The notes under the pieces: generated by a model | The model's input: the letters and a program-made list of their open reading frames with translations, nothing else | What the model was told of the DNA's origin: nothing | Database searches by the model: none | Shown here: one piece after another, positions 43,790 through 56,613 of the stretch | Position numbering within the stretch: position 1 is the first letter of the stretch | Layout: each line of letters begins with the position of its first letter | Program-made: the position numbers and the translations under genes | Assembly (NCBI GenBank): GCA_964016885.1 | Contig: OZ024763.1 | Span: 10,292,001-10,356,000, forward strand | DNA from: Eledone cirrhosa | Lineage: Eukaryota | DNA: 64,000 nt | Direction: 5' to 3'

Positions 43790-44680
43790 GTACTGTTATA
43801 TACATATACATACTGTTATATACATATATATACTGTTATATACATATATATACTGTTATATACATATATATACTGTTATATACATATATATACTGTTATA
43901 TACATATATATACTGTTATATACATATATATACTGTTATATACATATATATACTGTTATATACATATATATACTGTTATATACATATATATACTGTTATA
44001 TACATATATATACTGTTATATATATATATATACTGTTATATATATATATATATATATATACTGTTATATATATATATATACTGTTATATATATATAGATA
44101 CTGTTATATACATATATATACTGTTATATACATATATATACTGTTATATACATATATATACTGTTATATATATATCTATATACTGTTATATATATATCTA
44201 TATACTGTTATATATATATCTATATACTGTTATATATATATATATACTGTTATATACATATATATACTGTTATATACATATATATACTGTTATATACATA
44301 TATATACTGTTATATACATATATATACTGTTATATACATATATATATATATACTGTTATATAGATATATATACTGTTATATACATATATACTGTTATATA
44401 CATACATATATACTGTTATATACATATATATATATATATACTGTTATATACATATATATATATACTGTTATATACATATATATATATACTGTTATATACA
44501 TATATATACTGTTATATACATATATATACTGTTATATACATATATATACTGTTATATACATATATATAGTTATATACATATATATATACTGTTATATAGA
44601 TATATATATACTGTTATATACATATATATACTATTATATACATATATATACATATACTGTTATATACATATATATACTGT
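43790..44680 (+). repeat. 20-bp minisatellite (TACTGTTATATACATATATA)n
   Basis: About 40 units with variable TA length. Confidence 0.95.
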
Positions 44681-45098
44681 AATATTTTTGCAAGTCAGAT
44701 TTTCTGTTTTATCATTTCATTTACTTTTTTTATACAATAAACAGGAGAGAAAAATTCTTCCAATAATTTTCTTTTTTATAATTTAGATACAGCCAGGACT
44801 GTTAATGTTATTGTTGTTGTTGTTACTACTACTGATGTTAACACTGTTGTTTATCTGGCAGTTCTCCTCTAACACAACACATTTCCCTTCCTTTCTGTCT
44901 TTACTGCCCCTAGGACAGCTAGCTCCATCTAAGACCCTTGTCAGCAATTGACTCCCCCCCCGCCACCACCACCACAATCACCATAGCCATCACCACCACC
45001 ACCACCACCACCACCACATTAGTAAACAAGATAGACTTTGCCCATCAGTAAAATGTTTTAGTTTAGTCCATTGAGAGTTTCCCCCTCCCTAGCCAGGT

Positions 45099-45266
45099 TT
45101 AGTGTGGTGTGGAAGGGGGTTCAGTACTAAAATAAGGAGTTGCATCTTTCACTAGAATTGTATGACATACATCACAAACTTTTGACGAACGCATGTTTGG
45201 ACCACTTATCACATTCTTGGCATTGCAATCAGCACAGAATATCTTGCCACAGTGTCGGCAGTGATG
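45099..45266 (-). CDS. RABEP1: Rabaptin-5-like gene, last coding exon (second half of FYVE domain and stop)
   Basis: Acceptor TTTCAG; HHCRHCGKIFCADCNAKNVISGPNMRSSKVCDVCHTILVKDATPYFSTEPPSTPH*; 168 bp, phase 0. Missed by the ORF track. Confidence 0.93.
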   Translation of the reverse strand, partial: HHCRHCGKIFCADCNAKNVISGPNMRSSKVCDVCHTILVKDATPYFSTEPPSTPH

Positions 45267-45499
45267 CTGAAATAGAAGAAGAAGAAGATAACAGAAGAAG
45301 ATAACAGAAGAAAAAGAAGATAACAGAAGAAAAAGAAGAAAAAGAAGAAGAAAAAGAAAAAGAAGAAAAAAAAGAAAAAGGACAACAACAACAACCTGAA
45401 TGAAAAGCTCTCCATAGTTTAATCTTTAACAAAACAAAATTGAGAGATCAGCAGACATGGAACTAGTAAAGAAAAGGGACCTTAAGAGGTCCCTTTTCT

Positions 45500-46241
45500 T
45501 TACCAGTTCCAAAGAAAAGGGACCTTAAGAAAGCTGCAGAGGGAATGCTACTAGCTGCACAGGAGCAAGCCCTTAAAATGAAGTGGGTGAAACACCATAT
45601 TGACAAGGAAGGGCATAGCCCACTCTGTGGAGAGAAAGAGGAAACTGTGGTAAACACCTTGCCCATGAAGGATAAAGGCAGGATATAATGGAAGAAGTGA
45701 TCCACTGTCATTTCTGAAAACTGAATGATTTACCCAACTCTGAGAAGTGCTATGAGTTAGGAGTATGGACATAAGATAGAGATCGGATGAAGGGGCTGTG
45801 GGATTTCAGGATACAAACAGACAAAGAATTAGAACACAACAAGGCCTGACCTGGTGGTTTTTGACAAGGAAAAAAGATCTTGCTTCATTATAAAAGTAGC
45901 TTGCCCCTTTAACACAAGAGTGCAAGAAAAAGAGAGGGAGAAAATTAACTGGTACCAGCATCTAAAGAGGGAACTGAAACAGATTTGAGACTGTCATGAG
46001 ATCAATGTCGTCCCCATCGTCAGAGGAGCACTGGGTACTGTCTCAAAGAGCTTCCAAAGTTGGTTAAAGAACATTAGCCCAGCCCCACTTTTTGGAACAC
46101 TTCATAAGGCCTCCTGGGAACAACAAAGACCCTCCAATATGTCCTGAATATCTGGGGCTGTGGCTAGCAGCTTAATATTTATTTGGACAAATTTTCTGGT
46201 TAAATAGCTTCTATGACTGAGATATCATAATAATAATAATA
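45500..46241 (+). mobile_element. R4/Dong-type non-LTR retrotransposon, decayed 3' end (restriction-like endonuclease region)
   Basis: LLAAQEQAL, LWDFRIQTDKELEHN.PDLVVFDK, VACPF, VVPIVRGALG; ends in (TAA)n. Confidence 0.85.
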
Positions 46242-46760
46242 GCACCGGTAGTGGAGGGGGGTAACAGCACTCCTCAACCTAATATCAGCTTGGTGCTCAA
46301 CATTTCATTGGACCACGGACCCCACTGGTGCATGGGTTAGACCTCTGCTAGGGTCTGTGGCTATGGGAGCGCACCCAGACGGAAAACTAAGCCCTTGATT
46401 TCAACATGATAGTTCAAACAGGAAGTAAATTGTGCTGCATCGGTCATAATGCAGATTACCAAGGACCAGATCCCTTGGTGAGGACCAAGATCAAGGTTGA
46501 AAAGTCACCAACTGGAACAACACTCTCCCCCAACACCCCCAGTGACTCATAATGAGCCACAAAGTGACAACACCACTGTACATATTAAAAGGCTCTGACA
46601 AACATGGACCACACAAAGAGTTGATGGCTGCGTACTATACTGCCACCCTGTTTCCAAGAGAGAACTCAACTCAAGAAACCTATAGTATCTGGAGGAATTC
46701 CAACCCTAACTCTAGAGGACACATGGACATGAAATAAGCAAGCCAATGTAAGAAGAGGCA
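46242..46760 (+). mobile_element. Probable 5' UTR and N-terminal fragment of an R4/Dong-like element
   Basis: Starts directly after (TAA)n. Structured GC-rich leader; peptide ELMAAYY..YSIWRNSNP resembles R4-type N-termini (from memory). Confidence 0.45.
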
Positions 46761-46774
46761 TTAAGAGTATGGAT

Positions 46775-48200
46775 GATAATTGGTGGGTGAAGAATTGCCA
46801 GGAAATCCCAGTGGAAGGAAGCTGCAGTAGAGGTAGACCAAGGAAGACTTAGAGGGAGGTGTTGAGAGCTGATCTCAAATCACTGAGAATTACAGAGATG
46901 ACGATGAAAGGACCTGGCAAGTGTAGAGATGTTGAGCTGAAGAGGACCCGTCTAACCCATGCAAGCGTGGAAAAATGACCATGAAAACAATGATGATGAT
47001 ATCTGCACCCAGAAATGGAATGAGATTATCTAGCAGAGATAACTTGCAGAAGGAGGTCAGGACCAGGTATGCAGATACTATTGTATCCAAATTCAGAGAA
47101 CTCCCTGAGCAAACTGTGGACATTGAAAAAGAGTGGAGACTGTTCAGCTTGGCAGTTTCTGCTTTGGCTGTTAAATACTGTGAACAAAAGAGGCTTGGTG
47201 AGGCACCAGGTGACAGGAGGACTCCTCAGTTCAATCAAGAACACAAAGATGCTATCCAAATAAAGTTGCCTACAAAGCTTGACTTGGAAATAAGTCGTCG
47301 TCCTTGTATTTGCGGTACTAGCAGGCATGAAAAGTCGCAGCAAAGACAGTAAAGGCATCCATAGTTAAGACATGGGAGGACTTTGGGGTTAAGCTGAAAT
47401 CCAACTTTAGATCAGCAAATATAATATCCTAGCAGACATAGTGCCCAGAGCAAAGTCACCAGCATATCTAGAAACACTGTTGGATAAAGTTTACAGAATT
47501 TCAAGAGAATATAGTCTGGTGATCAACTTCAAAAAGACACAAGTAATGGCAGCAACTAAACAGAAGAAAGAAATGGACATATGGTGCCAAGGTGCCAGGC
47601 TTGTATGAGTTGAGAAGTTCAAATACCTTGGCTCAATACTTGAGTAGATGGCAGAGGGAAGTTGGGAAATAAGGGCGAGACTAGCAACTGCAAGAACAGT
47701 CTTGAGCACACTCAGCAGCCTTTCGAAGAATAGAGCTCTTATAAAGCCCACCAAAAAGAAAGTATTCAAGACATTAATGTGGCTGGTAGCTCTATATGGT
47801 TGTGAGTTATGGACTTTAAAGGTGAGTGACTTGAAACAACTGAGTGCATTTGAAATGAAATGCATGCTATAGGCGTGCATTTAGAATTAGCTGGACAGCT
47901 CACAGAACAAATGAATGGACAGTTGGCTGAAACAGTAAGGGAGAGGGAACTTCAGTATTTTGGTCATGTCATCAGGGCCCAAAATTTAACTACCCACATT
48001 GTTGAGGGACGGATACAGAGGAAAAGGACCAGGGGATGGCAGAAAAGGAGATAGACAGGTGATATTAAGGAATGGACAGGAAGGAGTTTGGCAGAATGTA
48101 CGGCAATGGCAAGAGACAGGAAAAGATGGAGAGTGCTGGTTGATAAGTCTATGACCTCTGACCCTCAAATATGAGGATGGCATGAGGAAGGAAGGAAGGA
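46775..48200 (+). mobile_element. Three decayed RTE-type LINE fragments
   Basis: RGRPRKT 3' end with (ATG)n at 46775-47000; linker-like fragment at 47020-47450; FKYLGS..LYGCELWTL..LQYFGHV at 47480-48200. Confidence 0.75.
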
Positions 48201-48209
48201 AGGAATTTA

Positions 48210-48560
48210 GGCAGAAGGTCACCAATTTGAGGGATAAGTCAATTATATGGACTCCAGTGCTTGACTGGCACTTTATTTTTTGGGCCCCATATAAGGATAA
48301 AAGTCCAGGTTGACCTCAGCAACATTTGAACTCAGAACACAAAGAGTTGGATAAATACATCAAAGAATGTGTCCGACCCTCTACCGATACTGCCAATCCA
48401 CTGCCCTTAAATAATGGTTTCTAATTTATGCACAAGGCCAACAATTTGAAGTAGTGGGAAGGAATAACTCACTTAAATTGATCCCAGTATTTGACTGGTT
48501 ATTTATCGACCTTGAAAGGATGAAAGGTAAAGTTGGGTTCAGAGGGATTGGAACATTTGA
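48210..48560 (-). mobile_element. Two degenerate family-B-like SINE fragments
   Basis: Reverse-complement matches to CTTTCATCC..GTCGATAAA and GGCCTTGTGC. Confidence 0.6.
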
Positions 48561-48666
48561 GTAAAGTGAGGTCCTCTCCAACCCATACTAGAATAGAAAC
48601 AGATCTAAAATGATGTTGAATATTGGCCAGAGTATAGAGACAGCATGAAATGTTGGTAATACTAAC

Positions 48667-48777
48667 CTTTCGTTTTGTCACAGAGAAAGCCTGCCTACAG
48701 TTGTTACATTCATCAACATCTTCTTCATGTTGCCATCTCACCTCAGTTTCTGCCTGACGAATCTTTTCCAGTTGAAT
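48667..48777 (-). CDS. RABEP1: Rabaptin-5-like gene, penultimate exon
   Basis: TTATAG acceptor, GTTAGT donor; IQLEKIRQAETEVRWQHEEDVDECNNCRQAFSVTKRK; 111 bp. Confidence 0.94.
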
Positions 48778-48869
48778 CTATAAAATATTTGGAGATTTAT
48801 ATATTTATTTTCTATTTTACTCCTACTTTCTGCACCAAATATATAGGAGACTCTTTGTTTCATGTTGAT

Positions 48870-49165
48870 ACAAACTATGCAGCGTGGAAATACCTAAACA
48901 GACTAAGATCTGGTGTTGGACAGGCAAAAGTCACTCTTGCAAAAAGGGGATATTTCAAGGATGGGGACGTTGTGTGTGACTGCGGCATCGAACCACAGAC
49001 TACGCAGCACCTCCTGATATGGCCCCTGCTGGGACACCCCTGCACAGCATTGGACTGGACAAAGTTTAATGAGAAAAGACAGCAATGTGTTGAGGTGTGG
49101 GGGAACCACATCAAGCCAAGCTTTGTAACTGATATTCTTGTGGACATGACAGGAAGGAAAGGACC
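48870..49165 (+). mobile_element. Vingi/Ingi-like LINE 3' fragment
   Basis: WKYLNRLRSGVG..CDCGIEPQTTQHLL motif. Confidence 0.65.
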
Positions 49166-49179
49166 AGATACAAACATAA

Positions 49180-49497
49180 CTGTGTGGTTAAGGGGGTCAC
49201 TTTACAACCATGTGGTTCTGGATTCAGTTCCACTGTGTGGCAACTTCAGCTAGTGTCCTGGACCAATGTCTTGTGAGTGGAATTTGGTAGGCAGAAACTG
49301 CAGAAGCCCATCATGTGTGTGGTGTGTGTGTTTATGTGTTTATGTCCTGTAGCTTAGTAATTCAACAACAAAAAGAAAGATAAAATAAGTGCCAGACTTG
49401 ACAAAAGCCTCAAAGTACTGGGGTAAATATGATCGACTAAATCAAGGTGGTGTCCCAGCATGGCAGTAGTCTAATGAATGAAAACAGTAAAAGAGTA
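49180..49497 (+). mobile_element. Degenerate tRNA-derived SINE family C (octopus OK-like)
   Basis: GTGTGGTTAAG..GGATTCAGTTCC head, internal TG repeat, CCCAGCATGGC tail. A related fragment lies near 50070-50350. Confidence 0.55.
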
Positions 49498-50397
49498 ACT
49501 GTTTCTATTGAAATAATAACTCAAGGTATTAATGAAGTGAAGATTATGATATAAGACATTTGGGTAAGGGTGTGAAATCAGGGGGCTGCACATTTTTTAA
49601 CCACAAAGCCATTGGAACAGCTTTTATATTCAAAGTTCATTTGTTGTCAAGGTATCCCTTTCATTTGACCATGCCAAATTCAATGAAATAATTACATTGG
49701 TCTCAGTTTGAAGACCGACCTGTGTGGTGAAAAGGCACATCCGACATGAAGTACCTCTAATATGGCTATCATAAGATAGTCTAACAGAACAGGCCAGATT
49801 TAAAGGAATAAGCTTCAATACAAATCCTGCTTGTCTCATAGTAAGCAGTAGCTCATGAGATGATTATCTGTTTAATTAGATGACCTCAGTGTCATGAACA
49901 CCTGTAGATTTACAGGTGATTGACTTTAATTCAACAATGGGTTGGTACAACTGCTCCAGTTAATGGAGATATCTGAGTATGCAGATGTGGCAAGCTGCAT
50001 ATATTCTAGTCATTAGAAAAAGCAAAAAATGCTTCACCTTTGATAGGAAGAGGAGGAGGAGATGTGGACACAGTATGGTGAAATGATTAATAAATTTTCT
50101 TCCCTGGTTCAATCTCATAGCTTGGCATCAGTGAACCCAAGTCTTGTCTGTGAAACTAGTTAGATGGAAACTGTCAGACGGACTGTACCTGTAATTCAAA
50201 GGGCCAACCATGTCATATTGTGTCACAATTTCTGGGGAATGATGTTAAGAGTGCACCTGTCTGTAGAATGCTCAGCCACTTGCATATTAATCACTCGAGC
50301 AAGCTATTTGAACTAGAACACTGATAGTCATAGCCAACGGAGGGATGAATACATACTCGAGGTGCTGTATGTCTCAACAAGAGAAAGTCATACAAAC

Positions 50398-50514
50398 CTG
50401 TAAAGACTGCGATAGTTTGACAAAATCTCTCTGTACAGCTTCACTATTCTCCAAATCCACTTGTAACGACTGGATTTTTGCTCTCAATGTACTGACTTCC
50501 GTTTCAAGTTTACT
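50398..50514 (-). CDS. RABEP1: Rabaptin-5-like gene, exon encoding the Rab5-binding coiled coil
   Basis: TTCCAG acceptor, GTTTGT donor; SKLETEVSTLRAKIQSLQVDLENSEAVQRDFVKLSQSLQ (QRDFVKLSQ is a rabaptin hallmark); 117 bp, in frame with the next exons. Confidence 0.94.
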
Positions 50515-50926
50515 CTGGAAATTCAGTGGAAAGAGAAAGAGAGAGAAAACATGAAGATGTGAGACAATATTGGAGACATTTATTTAATGATTCACCAAAT
50601 AAAATTGAACATTTTAAACCCTTTTCATACGAAACTGACTGAAACAGTGCCTCAATCTACACTGCAAAACTGAATGAGAGTGGATAAAAGAGACAGAAGA
50701 AAGAGCAAGACACGTGTATTACTGGTACTTTATTTATTGACTTTGGAAGGATGGAAGGCAAAGTTGACCAAAGAGTGCAGAGAACCATAATAAAAAGTGA
50801 GGCATTTAATCTGATACATCAACTCTGCTATATATAACTTGCCTTCCAATATACATACATATGTATATATATATATATAATGTACACACACATATTATAC
50901 ATGGGTTATTATTATTATTATTATTA

Positions 50927-51157
50927 GGGCGGTGGAGTGGCAGTATTGGTAGAGCATTGGACGAGATGCTTTGTGGCATAGAGTAACGGCCCTTTATGTT
51001 CTAAGTCCAAATCCCGTTGAAGTTAGCTTTGCTTTTCATCCTTTTGGGGTCAATAAAATAAAGTACCAGTCACACACTGGAGTCGATTTAATCGACTCTC
51101 CCACACCAAAATAAATTGCTGGCCTTGTGTCTAAATCAGAAACCATTATTATTATTA
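50927..51157 (+). mobile_element. SINE family B, full length, between (ATT)n runs
   Basis: Colinear with 31950-32157, plus an extra GTCGATTTAATCGAC hairpin segment. Confidence 0.85.
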
Positions 51158-51158
51158 A

Positions 51159-51739
51159 TGGTACTGCTGTGGTTGTACAGGCCCACACAAGAGTGGCAGT
51201 CCTGTATACAGCGACTACATTGGTAGATCTCTGGTACTGCTGTGGTTGTATAGGCCCACACAGGAGTGGCAGTCCTGTATACAGCGACTACATTGGTAGA
51301 TCTCTGGTACTGCTGTGGTTGTATAGGCCCACACAGGAGTGGCAGTCCTGTATACAGCGACTACATTGGTAGATCTCTGGTACTGCTGTGGTTGTATAGG
51401 CCCACACAGGAGTGGCAGTCCTGTATACAGCGACTACATTGGTAGATCTCTGGTACTGCTGTGGTTGTACAGGCCCACACAGGAGTGGCAGTCCTGTATA
51501 CAGCGACTACATTGGTAGATCTCTGGTACTGCTGTGGTTGTATAGGCCCACACAGGAGTGGCAGTCCTGTATACAGCGACTACATTGGTAGATCTCTGGT
51601 ACTGCTGTGGTTGTATAGGCCCACACAGGAGTGGCAGTCCTGTATACAACGACTACATTGGTAGATCTCTGGTACTGCTGTGGTTGTATAGGCCCACACA
51701 GGAGTGGCAGTCCTGTATACAGCGACTACATTGGTAGAT
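51159..51739 (-). repeat. 73-bp minisatellite, ~8 near-identical copies, derived from a LINE C-terminal zinc finger
   Basis: Period 73 (GCCCACAC at 51181, 51254 and onward). Minus strand encodes YQCSRCIQDCHSCVGLYNHS. Confidence 0.93.
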
Positions 51740-52460
51740 GCTCTTCTTCAGTGCAACTGTGTTGTTCCTTTTTTTCGAGCTTGCTTTTCCTCGGAAGCAA
51801 ATTTCAGTTTCTCCTCCCCTCACACAGTACTCATCTCCATCGTGTAAGTCCTCCCATCTCTGGATGTCTAAATCTATTGATATATCTCTCCTGCAGAAGT
51901 CTTTGAAACAAAGATGAGGTCACCTTCATGTTTGTGTGCCAGTGACCAGTTCCCCAAGTCTTTTGGGATCTTCCAGACTGGCATATGTGACATATATGTG
52001 ACTGAGCCAGCGCAGACAGCACTGTTGGATCAGGGTGAATATGTTGGGTGTCTTGGCATGGTTAAGGACTTCAGTGTTGGTGACCCTGTCAGTCCACTTG
52101 ATATCCAAAATACGTCTCAGGCAACAAAGCTGGAAGTCATTGAGATGCTGCTCCTGCCTGGAGAAGAGGCTCCATGTCTCACTGCTATAAAATAGTGTGC
52201 TGAGAACACATGCCTTGTAGACAGCAATCTTAGTGTTTGTAGTTAGTTTTCTGTTCTCCCAGACTCACTTCATCAGCCTGGTAAATGTGGAGGCTACTCG
52301 TCCAACTCTCCTGCTGATCTCAGGGTCCAAGGAGAGGTTGTCAGTGATGGTAGAGCCAAGGTAGGTGAATTTGTGGACCACCTCCAGTCATAGTTGTTGA
52401 TGGTGATTGTAGGGGGTGCTTGATACCTTGGCCCCAGTACATTGATTTTCTTCTGACTAA
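51740..52460 (-). mobile_element. Decayed RTE/BovB-type LINE 3' fragment
   Basis: EVVHKFTYLGSTI..TKIAVYKACVLSTLFYSSETW..DIKWTDRVTNTEVL..LRWLSH. Confidence 0.85.
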
Positions 52461-52952
52461 TTCAGCCTGACCATATAACGTAGGTTATTCATAAATGTTG
52501 TGGATTACTAGATGAGGTGCCAATATGAGCACTCATTGCTATATGATGGACTCTCCCATTGATTTCAACATGTGAGAATGGATCCAAACAACCTATTCAG
52601 TTTGGATGTTTATACTGGATATGGCGTTTTAGACCTGCCAAAGATTTCCAAACAAGTCCACAGATCTTGCATGGGATTATGTACTGGATAATGTTTCTGA
52701 CATGTTTGATAATCTGTTTCTCCTCCCTCTTGCTTCTTGTAGCTGATGGATACAACTGGACTTGAAATTCTTGATCCCATTATGATACACAGATCGCCAG
52801 TTCTTCCGCTGTAAGACTCCTCGCTGGAATGGTATATTGGTTGCTGAAATAAGATATATTAGTTGTTGCAAGATTACTCTTCAGCTTGTCTTTGTACCTG
52901 AGCCATGGCCATACAACATTTCTATATCCACCATGTGTGTGTGTGTGTGTGG

Positions 52953-53026
<74 letters not shown>

Positions 53027-53550
53027 TTGTGTGTGTGTGTGTGTGTGTGTGTACATATATGTGCGTACGTATGTATATATGTACATATGTATGTACGCAT
53101 GTATTTATAATTGTATGTAGGTATATGATTCCATAGCTTATGATGTTGAAAATAGTATCTAGACAATAAGTAAATAAGAACATACAAAAATATATAATAC
53201 ATATCTACACATAAGTACATATATCTAAAAAAGTACACATATAGCTACATATATCTACACATGAGTGCATATATCTATATACGAGTACACATATAGCTAC
53301 ATATATCTACACATGAGTACATATATCTACACATATATATATAGCTACATATATCTACACACACACATATATATCTATATAGGTACATATATCTACACAA
53401 ACATACATATATATATAGGTACATATATCTACACACACACACACATAAATATAGGTACATATATCCACACACACACACACATATATATATAGGTACAAAA
53501 GAAAATTTTCGCTCTACTGAGTTTTTTGAATATTAATAATAACATTCGAA

Positions 53551-53910
53551 TCATCATTTTACGTCTGCTTTTCCCTGCTTGCAAGGGTGGGACGGGAACT
53601 GATTCTGGCTTGATTTTTACAGCTGGATGCCCTTTCTAACACCAACCGCATTTACAGTGAGTGCTTTTTTGCCGTGGCACCTACACGTCCACTTTACAGT
53701 GTGGGCTGGGTGCTTTTTTGCCGTGGCACCTACACAACCACTTTGCAGTGGAATAATATGACCCCAGTCCTATCATCTCATTTCTACAGCTGAGTAAACT
53801 GGAGCAATGTGAAATAAAGTGTCTTGCTCAAGGAAACAGCACATCACCTGATCTGAGAATTGAACTCACAACCTTTCGATTGCAAGCCCAATGCTCTAAC
53901 CACTAAGCCA
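53551..53910 (-). mobile_element. SINE family A
   Basis: Reverse complement of 32372-32706 with a duplicated internal segment. Confidence 0.9.
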
Positions 53911-54308
53911 TATAATGCAATAAACAATTATGGTGATTTAATCCCATCTTAACTACTATTATTTGATAAATGAATACTCCATCACTCATTATCACCTACC
54001 TGGGATAAACTACTGACGTGAAGGGTTTTGGATCACTAGGACTGGCTTATCCCCAGGAAGTTACAACATAACAACTAAGATAAACAACACTCTTCTGCAA
54101 CTATATATATGTGTATGTATATATGTGTATATATGTATATAAGTCGTTTTCAAATACAAAAACAAATAAAGGTAGTGAAGAAGTTATTACAGCTCAAACA
54201 ATGAGATTTATATCAGTAAACTACTCAGAAGGCTACATACAATACTACTTGTAGGAACTCTTTGTTTCAAATGTTTAAGTACACTCATAGAGCAAATATT
54301 ACAGTGAA

Positions 54309-54717
54309 AATAAGACCAAATACTGTTAGTTATATATTTTAATTAATGCATGTTTCTTCCATCTCACAGGATATACAATTAATTATATGAGCCAATTATT
54401 GGGTTCATCAGAATTGAAACATTTTTACCTCTACAATTCATTTCATATATGTATGTGTGTGTATATGTAATGAATAGTAGAGCTAATAATTGTTTCTACT
54501 TTTGGCACAAGGCCAGCAATTACCCAGTGTATTACTGGTACTTTATTTTATCGACCCCGTAAGGATGAAAGGCAAAGTTGACCTTGGCGGTAATAATGTT
54601 TCTTGTATCTTTTATCAATTCTGATGAATCCAATCAATGGCTCATATAATTCACTAATAATTAATTGAATATCCTGTGAGATTGAAGAAACATGCATTAA
54701 CAGTATTTGGTCTTATT
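54309..54717. repeat. Imperfect ~105-bp inverted repeat pair with a family-B SINE (54485-54591, minus) in the spacer
   Basis: 54309-54417 versus 54615-54717; arms contain CTGATGA and GAAACATGCAT. Confidence 0.75.
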
Positions 54718-55046
54718 GTCAAAATATATATATTTGTATGTATATATATGATGTATAAAATTACATTACAAACTAGGTAACATACATACATTTCAATACA
54801 AACTTGCCTATACAACCTTCATTATGGGTATGAGAGAAGAAGGCATTCATCCAGTCCTATAAAATTTCTCAGAGAGAATTATCTCTTTTAAAGATGGAGA
54901 ATTTACAATATACGACCTTTTTCCATATTGTACAAGGTCCTTTAAGGTCTTTTTAAAATAAGTCATGTAAATATTATACATCACATCGATTCAAAACAAA
55001 TTACACACACCTCTCAGTCTATATAGTGATGTATTATTATTATCTA

Positions 55047-55240
55047 GTGGATTGGCAGGATTGGTAGAGCATCAGACACTATGCTTTGCAGCATAGAGTT
55101 ATGGCCCTTGGCATTCTGAGTTCAAATCCCGCCGATGTTAACTTTGCCTTTCATCCCTACGGGGTCGATAAAATAAAGTACCAGTAATGCACTGGGGTAA
55201 TTGCTGGCCTTGTGCAAAAGTAGAAACATTTATTATCTAG
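55047..55240 (+). mobile_element. SINE family B with TTATTATCTAG target-site duplication
   Basis: Colinear with the other copies. Confidence 0.85.
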
Positions 55241-55336
55241 GGATTGTTTTGGGAACTACCTCCCCACCCCCACCTTGTTCTTGAAGAAAACTATGAAATA
55301 TGACCATATTTTGTTAAGTAATGTTTTTTTCTTTAA

Positions 55337-55957
55337 CCCTTTAGCATTTACATTACTCTATATATACTACTGTATTTTCACAGTAAAGTCTTTACCCCAC
55401 ATAATATCTCACATAACATTTACATTACTCTATATATACTATTGTATTTTCACAGTAAAGGCTTTACCTCACATAATATCTCACATAACATTTACATTAC
55501 TCTATATATACTATTGTATTTTCATGGTAAAGGCTTTACCTCGCATAATATCTCACATAACATTTACATTACTCTATATATATACTATTGTATTTTCATG
55601 GTAAAGTCTTTACCTCACATAATATCTCACATAACATTTACATTACTCTATATATACTATTATATTTTCACAGTAAAGGCTTTACCTCACATAATATCTC
55701 ACATAACATTTACATTACTCTATATATACTATTATATTTTCATGGTAAAGGCTTTACCTCACATAACATTTACATTACTCTATATATATACTATTGTATT
55801 TTCATGGTAAAGTCTTTACCTCACATAATATCTCACATAATATTGAATCTATGAGATTTTGATATTATATATAACATGAGTGGCCAGTTATGGCCAGTTT
55901 CAACAGAAAGAAGTGAGAAAATTCTGGCCAGATATGGCTGGTTTAAATGCTAAAGGG
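55337..55957. mobile_element. piggyBac-like MITE with an internal 72-bp tandem array (~7 copies)
   Basis: TTAA-CCCTTTAGCATTTA...TAAATGCTAAAGGG-TTAA; units start at 55345, 55417, 55489 and 55561. Confidence 0.85.
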
Positions 55958-56549
55958 TTAAATTTTGTTCTTACACCAGATGAGTGCGGCCAGTTTTAGA
56001 AGGGTTCATCCACTATACAGTGGTGGCCAAAACTGGACCCTGAAACCTAAGGTTGAGCATACATGTTAAGTGTATGACATTTTAATATAAACTAAATATA
56101 TATATATACACACATGAGTATTTATTTAATCAATTAGTTAAGAAACAAGAACAAGATAGAGAGATAAAAGTAGAAAGGAAGGCTAACATGAGGCAAAAGA
56201 AGCGTAAGATAAAGAAAAGGTGAAAAACAATGGCAGCTATAAAGCAGATAAGTTTCTGTTGAATCTTTTTTGGTAGTCTCAATTTACTGATCTTATTTGT
56301 AGTTGGTAGATCTTTGACAATATATTGAATCTACAATCTGGGTAGTTTTTTAATGATTGGCTTCAAGATGTCCTATCTGTGAGACTGGTAGTTTCTACAG
56401 AGGAACAACTAGTGCCATAGTCTCTGAGAAGTCTACACAAGAACATACAGGTGATTCTCTTCAACCTGTCTGTGATAAAATATAGCCCAATGGTATATGG
56501 CGTGTGTGAGTGTCTGTGTGTGAGAGTGAGTGAGTGAGTGAGTGTGTGT

Positions 56550-56610
<61 letters not shown>

Positions 56611-56613
<3 letters not shown>

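Noticed and set aside
35300-44569. Long Y/I/H/T/C-rich ORFs, including the 698-aa ORF
   Set aside because: Stop-free translations of TA/TACA microsatellites, some fused to antisense LINE sequence.
51159-51739. CRISPR array or poly-zinc-finger gene
   Set aside because: Identical units without spacers; the 73-bp period breaks the frame.
56250-56475. Possible upstream rabaptin exon
   Set aside because: No open coiled-coil frame with suitable splice sites.
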